DNA from: Candidatus Zambryskiibacteriota bacterium
GTDB lineage: Bacteria; Patescibacteriota; Minisyncoccia; Phycocordibacterales; DATDWN01
Assembly: GCA_009694965.1 (NCBI GenBank)
Contig: SIBV01000001.1
Location: 1-63,755, forward strand
Length of the DNA stretch: 63,755 bases
Direction: 5' to 3'
A program made the translations under genes and the position numbers. Shown here piece after piece: positions 56,961 through 63,755 of the stretch. Under the pieces are notes generated by a model. It did not search any database, was not told the DNA's origin, and saw only the letters and a list, made by a program, of their open reading frames with translations. The first letter of the stretch is position 1. Each line of letters starts with the position of its first letter.

Positions 56961-58186
56961 TACTTACTGAGAATTTCCAGCGCTTTTAACAACTGAGTAT
57001 CATTCCCCTTCTTAAACTCCTCCTCATCCAACTTCACAACTTCGTTTGGAGTTAGACCTTGATGAGAAATAGATATTCCGTTTGGTGTAAGCCACTTTGC
57101 GATAGTAACTTTGAGACTAGTTCCCTGTCCGATGTCCATAAGCTCCTGTACTGAACCTTTTCCAAATGACTGAACTCCAACTAGTTTTGCTACACCATGA
57201 TCATGAAGTGCTCCCGCAAGAATCTCTGAAGCACTAGCGGATCCGCCGTCAATCAATACCACAAGTTTAAGATTATCGTTGAATACATTGTATCCCTTGC
57301 TTCGGAAAATCTGTTCATCTTTCTCGTCTTTGAAATCCTCTTTTACAACTACTTTTCCTGCTGGCAAAAACCATGAAGCCATATCTATCGCTGCATCTAG
57401 ATATCCCCCTGGATTTCCTCTAACATCTATTATTAGTTTTACTTTTCCAGACTCAACGAACTCTCGGAGGGATTCCCTGAACAAATTTGCTGATATTGCT
57501 GAAAAGTTATAGAGACGAATTATAAAGACATCACCCTTCACCTCGGTATCCACGGTTGGCATGTTTATGACATCTCTAATAACTGTAATTTCTAGAGGTT
57601 CTTTGTTGCCCTCTCTAACAACTATGAATTTAACTGGAGTACCTTTTTTCCCACGAATTATTTTGATTGCCTCTTCTGTACTAAGTCCTGCCGTAGCAGT
57701 ATCATCAATTTTCAAAATCTTATCTAGAGGTTTCATACCGGCTTTATATGCAGGAGTACCCTTGAGTGGCGCTATCACCGTCAAAATTCCTTCTTTTGTA
57801 CCGACTTCCATGCCAACACCTTCGAAGTTGCCACTTATTTCCTCGCTAAAAATCTTTGCCTCAACAGGAGGAAGGAAAATGGTGTATGGGTCTCCTAGGG
57901 ACATCACCATACCCTCGATAGCTCCATAAACTCTAGCCTGGTCGTCTATCTTCACAGTAGTTGTGCTGTTTGTAGTGACATACTTGTCGTTTATCACATT
58001 CCAAGCCTTCCAAAATAAAGCAAAATCTACTTCACTTGGAGAACCTTCTGTTTTGTTGATTAGCGCTGTTACTTTGTTTATTTCAGAAACATTTTGTTTA
58101 CCAAAATAATAACCAGTAAAAAAAATAAGTCCTACGACAAGTAGACTCGAGAAAACGTAAGCTCTGTATTTGAAAAAATCATTCAT
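56960..58186 (-). CDS. ctpA: S41 C-terminal processing protease
   Basis: DPYT, GVG, PDZ domain, D.RGNPGG, SASASEI, FGKGSVQ. Confidence 0.92.
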   Translation of the reverse strand: MNDFFKYRAYVFSSLLVVGLIFFTGYYFGKQNVSEINKVTALINKTEGSPSEVDFALFWKAWNVINDKYVTTNSTTTVKIDDQARVYGAIEGMVMSLGDPYTIFLPPVEAKIFSEEISGNFEGVGMEVGTKEGILTVIAPLKGTPAYKAGMKPLDKILKIDDTATAGLSTEEAIKIIRGKKGTPVKFIVVREGNKEPLEITVIRDVINMPTVDTEVKGDVFIIRLYNFSAISANLFRESLREFVESGKVKLIIDVRGNPGGYLDAAIDMASWFLPAGKVVVKEDFKDEKDEQIFRSKGYNVFNDNLKLVVLIDGGSASASEILAGALHDHGVAKLVGVQSFGKGSVQELMDIGQGTSLKVTIAKWLTPNGISISHQGLTPNEVVKLDEEEFKKGNDTQLLKALEILSK

Positions 58187-58205
58187 ATTGAACTCTATTG
58201 TCTCA

Positions 58206-58397
58206 ATCCCGTTAGAGTTTTGCAAGCCCTACCTAATCAAATAATTAAAACGTAGAAGTTAAAACCTATATGAGCATCTTTCGTATAATCAAAAACTCTA
58301 ACGGGATCAAGAAACTACATTGTGGTCAATCCGGTAGTAGAAGTTGGCATAGCACTAAAGGTGCATAAATATAAAATGCCAACTTCACTACGGGATT
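58206..58397. repeat. Two REP-like hairpins in the ctpA/cysS divergent spacer
   Basis: ATCCCGTTAGAGTTTT..AAAACTCTAACGGGAT and GGTAGTAGAAGTTGGCAT..ATGCCAACTTCACTAC. Confidence 0.8.
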
Positions 58398-58446
58398 AAT
58401 CCATAATCAGTTTCCTAATTAATAATTAAGCTATATACTATTAAAT

Positions 58447-59826
58447 ATGAGAATCTATCTACAAAACACACTAACTGGAAACAAAGAAGAATTTAAGCCT
58501 CTAAAGGCTGGTTTTGTTTCTATGTATAACTGCGGACCGACAGTTTATAACTATGCGCATATAGGAAATTTGAGAAGTTACGTTTTTGCAGATACCTTGA
58601 GACGAGTGTTTGAATACAATAGTCTAGAGGTTAAGCAGGTTATCAACATCACTGACATTGGACACCTCTCTAGCGACTCGGATGATGGGGAGGACAAAAT
58701 GACAAAAGCTCTGAAGCGCGAAGGCAAGCCTCTGACTCTAGAGGCTATGAAGGAAGTAGCGAATTTTTACTTTGATAAATTTAAGGAAGATTTGGACTCT
58801 CTAAACATAGAAACTCCAGCAAACTTCCCTTTTGCTAGTGATCACATAAAGGAAGATATTGATTTGGTTACTAAACTTGAAGAAAAAGGTTTTACTTATG
58901 CTATTTCAGATGGAATATATTTTGATATCAGTAAATTTCCAGATTATGGAAGACTTGGGAATATAAAAATTGATGATAAAGGTGAATCGAGAGTAGGATC
59001 AAATCCAGAAAAGAGAAACCAGCGTGACTTTGCTGTTTGGAAATTCAATAGTGAACTTGGTTACAATGCGCCTTTTGGAAAAGGTTTCCCGGGCTGGCAT
59101 ATAGAGTGCTCGGCAATGTCAGTAAAGTACCTTGGGCCTGAATTCGATGTTCACACAGGAGGAATCGATCATATACCTGTGCACCATAACAACGAGATAG
59201 CTCAATCTGTTTGTGCGGGAGATCCATACGCAAAATATTGGTTACATAATGCATTTCTAAATGTTGATTCTGGTAAAATGGCAAAGTCTGATGGCAACGA
59301 CACAACCCTGAAAACTCTGATGGATAAGAATATTGACCCTGTTGCCTATCGATATTTATTGCTTACGGCTCGTTACTCCTCGCCACTTCAATTTAGTTGG
59401 GAAGCTTTGGAAGGTTCGCTGACTGCCCTGAAAAAATTAAGAAACTTTACCGCAGCTAAAGATGATGACACTCCCGATGATTTTTCTAAATTGGAGGAAT
59501 ATAAAACTAATTTTCTGCAGTTTGTTAACGACGACCTGGATACACCGAAAGCCCTGGCCTTAGTTTGGGACATGGTCAAAGACGACTCGCTTTCCAGTAA
59601 AAGCAAAAAGCTACTTTTAATAGATTTTGATAAAGTTTTGGGGTTGAATCTTAATAAGGTTGAAACTGTAGAGATTCCAGAAAACGTAAAAAAATTGATA
59701 AAAAATCGCGATTTAGCTCGAGAAGGCAAAGACTTTGTTAAAAGTGATGAATTAAGAGTGGAAATTGAAACTTTTGGGTTTGAGGTCAAAGATACAGATG
59801 CTGGCACTCTTGTCACTCCTCGTTAA
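58447..59826 (+). CDS. cysS: Cysteine--tRNA ligase
   Basis: CGPTVY..HIGN, PGWHIECS, HTGGIDH, KMAKS. Confidence 0.97.
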   Translation: MRIYLQNTLTGNKEEFKPLKAGFVSMYNCGPTVYNYAHIGNLRSYVFADTLRRVFEYNSLEVKQVINITDIGHLSSDSDDGEDKMTKALKREGKPLTLEAMKEVANFYFDKFKEDLDSLNIETPANFPFASDHIKEDIDLVTKLEEKGFTYAISDGIYFDISKFPDYGRLGNIKIDDKGESRVGSNPEKRNQRDFAVWKFNSELGYNAPFGKGFPGWHIECSAMSVKYLGPEFDVHTGGIDHIPVHHNNEIAQSVCAGDPYAKYWLHNAFLNVDSGKMAKSDGNDTTLKTLMDKNIDPVAYRYLLLTARYSSPLQFSWEALEGSLTALKKLRNFTAAKDDDTPDDFSKLEEYKTNFLQFVNDDLDTPKALALVWDMVKDDSLSSKSKKLLLIDFDKVLGLNLNKVETVEIPENVKKLIKNRDLAREGKDFVKSDELRVEIETFGFEVKDTDAGTLVTPR

Positions 59827-59906
59827 TTGTTTTGCACTAATCAATCCACAGGTTATACCACTCATTTAAATAGAATTTTGAAATCATGACGTGCTAAAAT
59901 CTAAGC

Positions 59907-61301
59907 ATGCCAACAAAAACTATTATCACTCAAACGGTGACAAATCGTATGAGGATACCCCCACAGAATTTGGAATCAGAAATGGCAGTTCTGGGTTCCA
60001 TAATGCTCAGGCCTGAAGCACTCTACGATATAGTTGATGTCGTAAAGGCGGATTCTTTCTATTCAGAAAAGCATCGCGTTATTTATGACGCAATGATGGA
60101 ACTTTTTGTAAAAAAATCTCCTATTGATTTACTATCCGTTTCTTCTAAACTGAAAGAGAAGGGTTGGCTTGATCAAATAGGTGGTAACACTTACCTTACT
60201 GAGATAGTAAACGTGGTTCCATCTTCTGCCAATATCGCTTACTATGCCGAAATAGTTCAGAAAAAACATATGATGAGACGCCTTATCGAAGCCTCTGACC
60301 ATATTTCTCAAATCGGTTATGATGAAACCAAAGAACTTGAAGAGATGCTCGATGGTGCAGAAAAAAAACTTTTTGATGTTACGAACTTCAACACCGCTCA
60401 TAAATTTGTTGCAATCAAGGAAGAACTAGCTGAAGCATGGGAAAGACTTGACCGACTTCACACAGATGGCGTAGGTATGCGTGGAGTACCATCCGGCTTT
60501 CATGATATTGATAATAAACTTTCTGGGTTCCAAAAGTCTGACCTGATTATTCTTGCAGCCAGACCATCTATGGGCAAGACTTCGCTAGCGCTGGACATCG
60601 CTCGCCAAGCTGCGGTGAACCACAACATACCTGTTGGTATTTTTTCACTAGAAATGAGCAGTCAGCAACTAGTAGATAGAATGCTTGCAGCACAGGCAAA
60701 CGTCGATGCGTGGAAACTACGAACGGGAAAACTTTCTAGACAGGACGATTTTGACGCTATCCGTAGTTCACTCGACAAACTGAGTAATGCACCTATTTAT
60801 ATTGACGACCAACCTGGAAACAATATTTTAAAAATGAAATCGATTGCTAGAAGATTGAAAAGTGAAAAAGGATTGGGGCTTATTATCGTGGATTATCTCC
60901 AGCTTATGGTTCCAACTCAGACAAAGAGCGATAACATGGTTCAGCAAATAACTGAAATCTCAAAGTCGTTGAAAAATCTTGCTCGAGAATTAGATGTTCC
61001 TGTTCTTGCTCTCTCTCAGTTAAACCGCGCGGTGGAAGCTCGTGGAGGTCGCCCTCGTCTTTCTGACCTACGAGATTCTGGAGCTATTGAGCAAGATGCT
61101 GATGTCGTTATGTTTATTCACACCGAAGATAAATATAAGGATGAAGCAGAACAAACAAACATATATGAAATATTGATTGAAAAACACCGAAATGGAGAAA
61201 CCGGAAAAGTAGAACTATTTTTTAACAAAAAGAAAGCGACTTTCCAATCAATGGACAAATCCCAATATGGTGGAGCGGAGAAAGAATTCTCAGACTTCTA
61301 A
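59907..61301 (+). CDS. dnaB: Replicative DNA helicase
   Basis: AARPSMGKT, FSLEM, DYLQL, LSQLNR, DLRDSGAIEQDAD. Confidence 0.98.
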   Translation: MPTKTIITQTVTNRMRIPPQNLESEMAVLGSIMLRPEALYDIVDVVKADSFYSEKHRVIYDAMMELFVKKSPIDLLSVSSKLKEKGWLDQIGGNTYLTEIVNVVPSSANIAYYAEIVQKKHMMRRLIEASDHISQIGYDETKELEEMLDGAEKKLFDVTNFNTAHKFVAIKEELAEAWERLDRLHTDGVGMRGVPSGFHDIDNKLSGFQKSDLIILAARPSMGKTSLALDIARQAAVNHNIPVGIFSLEMSSQQLVDRMLAAQANVDAWKLRTGKLSRQDDFDAIRSSLDKLSNAPIYIDDQPGNNILKMKSIARRLKSEKGLGLIIVDYLQLMVPTQTKSDNMVQQITEISKSLKNLARELDVPVLALSQLNRAVEARGGRPRLSDLRDSGAIEQDADVVMFIHTEDKYKDEAEQTNIYEILIEKHRNGETGKVELFFNKKKATFQSMDKSQYGGAEKEFSDF

Positions 61302-61303
61302 TA

Positions 61304-61413
61304 ATACAAATATGCAAACAAACGAATAATACGAATGGCTACGAATAAGATAATAAATTATTGTATTATTCGTAGCCATTCGTAGATTTGTTATAATTCG
61401 AATATTCGTATAT
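61304..61413. repeat. ACGAAT-type heptamer palindrome (dnaB-recR)
   Basis: TACGAATGGCTACGAATAA .. TTATTCGTAGCCATTCGTA. Confidence 0.88.
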
Positions 61414-61420
61414 TTATTTT

Positions 61421-62032
61421 ATGGACAATACTCAGAGACTCATAGAACTCTTCAAAGAGTTTCCCGGAATTGGACCAAGACAAGCCAAAAGGTTTGTATA
61501 TTTTTTACTAAATCGAAATCCTGCTTACGCCAATAATTTATCAAAACTCATAAATGAAGTGCGTTCGACTGTTCACTCCTGCGATTCTTGCTTCAGATTC
61601 TTCCCTAATTCCACAAGTTCAACATGTCCAACTTGCAGAGACACCACAAGAGACTCCTCTTTACTTATGATAGTTTCCAATGATGTAGATTTTGAGAATA
61701 TTGAAAAAACGCATTTTTTCAATGGTTATTATTTTATGTTAGGTGGAAATATTCCAATCTTGGAAAAAAATCCTGAAAAGAGAATACGCCAAAAAGAATT
61801 ATTAAATATAATTGAAAAAAAATCTAAAGATGGATTGAATGAAATTATCATAGCATTAAACTATAACCCTGAAGGCGAAAACACACTTTCTTATCTTACT
61901 GACTTATTGTCAAGGTTCAACCTTGACAATAATGTTAAGATTTCAACACTTGGACGAGGACTCTCAACTGGAACCGAGCTTGAGTATTCTGATAGTGACA
62001 CCATCAAGAACGCCCTTAAAAATCGACAGTAG
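61421..62032 (+). CDS. recR: Recombination mediator RecR
   Basis: PGIGPR.A, C4 zinc finger, Toprim, GTELEYSD. Confidence 0.94.
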   Translation: MDNTQRLIELFKEFPGIGPRQAKRFVYFLLNRNPAYANNLSKLINEVRSTVHSCDSCFRFFPNSTSSTCPTCRDTTRDSSLLMIVSNDVDFENIEKTHFFNGYYFMLGGNIPILEKNPEKRIRQKELLNIIEKKSKDGLNEIIIALNYNPEGENTLSYLTDLLSRFNLDNNVKISTLGRGLSTGTELEYSDSDTIKNALKNRQ

Positions 62033-62035
62033 AAC

Positions 62036-62147
62036 TTCCATATTTGGACAATCTCTGCGTGGGAATTTCAAAAATTCTCGTCACTTTACGATATGTAAAG
62101 CTCCTCCTATTTTCTTATTCCGCCTTGACCTTGTCAAAAATCTGAAA
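62036..62147 (-). repeat. ERIC-like long hairpin
   Basis: Plus strand GTCACTTTAC-gatat-GTAAAGCTCCT..CCGCCTT. Confidence 0.75.
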
Positions 62148-62185
62148 GTTCTTAATAAAACAACCTCCGAGAGGAGGCTATTTTA

Positions 62186-62503
62186 TTACTTTATCCCAAC
62201 TATTTCTACCTTGAACCAAGGCTGTCGATGTCCGTTTTTCTTATAGTATCGGCTCTTTTGTTTGTATTTAACCACCTCTACCGTCTTGTTTCTTCCAACT
62301 TCCTTTAGGGTTGCTTCTACTGAGGCTTCTGTTATGTAAGGAGTGCCAATAGTTGTGTCCTTACCGTCCTCAACAAGTATTACTTTGTCGAAAACAATCT
62401 TGTCTCCCACCTTGAAATCACCAGTGATTTTCTCAATTTTAACAACATCTCCCTTTGAGACTTTGTATTGTTTCCCGCCTGTGTGTATGACTGCAAATTC
62501 CAT
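62186..62503 (-). CDS. rplU: 50S ribosomal protein L21
   Basis: AVI.TGGKQY.V, IGTP, GHRQ. Confidence 0.97.
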   Translation of the reverse strand: MEFAVIHTGGKQYKVSKGDVVKIEKITGDFKVGDKIVFDKVILVEDGKDTTIGTPYITEASVEATLKEVGRNKTVEVVKYKQKSRYYKKNGHRQPWFKVEIVGIK

Positions 62504-62534
62504 AATTTTTAGAACTTATAAATTCAGCGAACTC

Positions 62535-62607
62535 CTTACAGGAGCAGTACACCTTTTGCATTTTGATTACAAAACGCTCAAGGTCTTGCGAAACTCCGTT
62601 TCTCACC
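62535..62607 (-). repeat. Structured three-hairpin motif, copy D, in the rplU leader
   Basis: Minus strand GGTGAGAAAC-gga-GTTTCGCAAGACCTTGA..AAAGGTGTACTGCTCCTGTAAG. Confidence 0.85.
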
Positions 62608-62756
62608 TTTGTCGCAGGCTCCGTTTGCTCCTGCAGAGTAGGTCTACTACACTTTAGTCGCAATACTCACCTGCTTCGCGGATTTCATCTGAATTTTGAA
62701 GTTCTAGTATATTACAAAATATGGCTATAAATTGCAAGTAATCGATTTAATAAAAG

Positions 62757-63755
62757 TTATTCTTCGTTATCTGGCTTATCTATTAAAACGGTCTCAATTT
62801 CTAGTGAGTTTCCTGTAATTCTAACTACATCCTTGTCTATCTTTTTGAATTCTTTGCTTGAGCTGTTGTAGTGATTTACTACAGTTTCAAGGGAGTTGCC
62901 GAGACGCTGATGATAGTCCTCGTACTTCTTCAAATGTGTCCCTATCTCCCCCACCCTCTTTATAATATCCTTTGTAGTTTCCTCTATCTGCAATGCCTTG
63001 AGACCTTGTAGGACGGTCTGAAGATATGCTAAAAATGAAGTCGGGGAAACAATTATAACTTTATGCTTTCCTGCGGCTCTTTGAATAAGGTTTTCAGTAT
63101 CCTCAGTCACTGCCCCTATTTTGTTTATTAGTAAATCATAGTAAATAGCTTCATGTGGAATAAACATAAATGCAAAATCCATTGTACCCTCTTCTGGGCG
63201 AATATATTTTGCAGTTTCAGTAATACGTAGCTTCAAGTCGTTTACAAAAAGTTTTTCAAGACGAGCTTTTTCGCTCACGTCACTCGCTTCTATCATTCTG
63301 TTGTAGTTCTCTAGTGAAAACTTGGAATCAACAGGAATAATCTTGTCTTTTACAAACACCACGCAGTCCACAATCTCGCCGTTGTTAAATGCATATTGCA
63401 TCTGATATTGGCTTGGCGCCAAAACATTTTTGAGAAGTGTCTCTAGGTAATATTCTCCAAGTATTCCTCTTTGTTTTGGATTTTTTAAAATATCTTGCAA
63501 ATTTTGCAGTTGGTCAGCAAAAGAAACCACTTGTCTGTTTGTTTCATCTAGTTTTGTAAGACCTTGAGTAACCTCCCGAATAAGATTGGCTGATTCACCT
63601 AGTTGGTGTCTCACGGATTCGTTCATAGACCTAGTACTCTCACCAATCTTTGTATCAACAACACGGTTTAGTTCGTTTATCTGTTGAAGAATGAGTTTCA
63701 GACCTGTGTCGTTACTTTCCTGTTTTGGACGAAAAAAATATGCGAAAAAACCTCC
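62757..63755 (-). CDS. rmuC: DNA recombination protein RmuC (5' end outside window)
   Basis: RG.LGE, VDSKF, DFAFMFIPHE, VSPT; frame open to the window edge. Confidence 0.92.
   Translation of the reverse strand, partial: GGFFAYFFRPKQESNDTGLKLILQQINELNRVVDTKIGESTRSMNESVRHQLGESANLIREVTQGLTKLDETNRQVVSFADQLQNLQDILKNPKQRGILGEYYLETLLKNVLAPSQYQMQYAFNNGEIVDCVVFVKDKIIPVDSKFSLENYNRMIEASDVSEKARLEKLFVNDLKLRITETAKYIRPEEGTMDFAFMFIPHEAIYYDLLINKIGAVTEDTENLIQRAAGKHKVIIVSPTSFLAYLQTVLQGLKALQIEETTKDIIKRVGEIGTHLKKYEDYHQRLGNSLETVVNHYNSSSKEFKKIDKDVVRITGNSLEIETVLIDKPDNEE

Noticed and set aside
59838..59862. DnaA boxes or origin upstream of dnaB
   Set aside because: Only one or two degenerate matches, with no box cluster or dnaA gene

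Overview
AT-rich bacterial chromosome segment, most likely Patescibacteria/CPR (Parcubacteria-like). This is an inference from the shortened AlaRS and AspRS, the Nudix-containing LeuRS, the DUF5671-like and FtsA-like/baseplate-J-like genes, and the scarcity of Shine-Dalgarno sites. It uses the standard code, with TGA as stop. Most genes are housekeeping: ychF, six aminoacyl-tRNA synthetases, mltG, mnmA, infA-rpmJ-rpsM-rpsK-rpsD-rpoA-rplQ-rplM-rpsI, grpE-dnaK-dnaJ, dinB, a scpAB-dac-asnB-mraY-ftsW-murG-gltX cluster, trhO, rpmA, rplI, ctpA, dnaB, recR, rplU and rmuC. I saw no tRNA, rRNA, CRISPR array or transposase. The interesting content is non-coding or very small: (1) a complete SAM-I riboswitch controlling an orphan 78-aa protein; (2) a 99-aa ORF ending PRAPTL between grpE and dnaK, a candidate ribosome-arrest peptide; (3) a leaderless 17-codon uORF before trhO, rich in codons read by TrhO-substrate tRNAs; (4) at least five dispersed repeat families: a six-copy covarying three-hairpin motif, heptamer-built palindromes filling operon junctions, ERIC-like hairpins, REP-like GTAG hairpins, and a 135-136 bp MITE that supplies the 5' ends of aspS and scpB; (5) widespread leaderless promoters. 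All calls were made by eye; no searches or folding programs were run.
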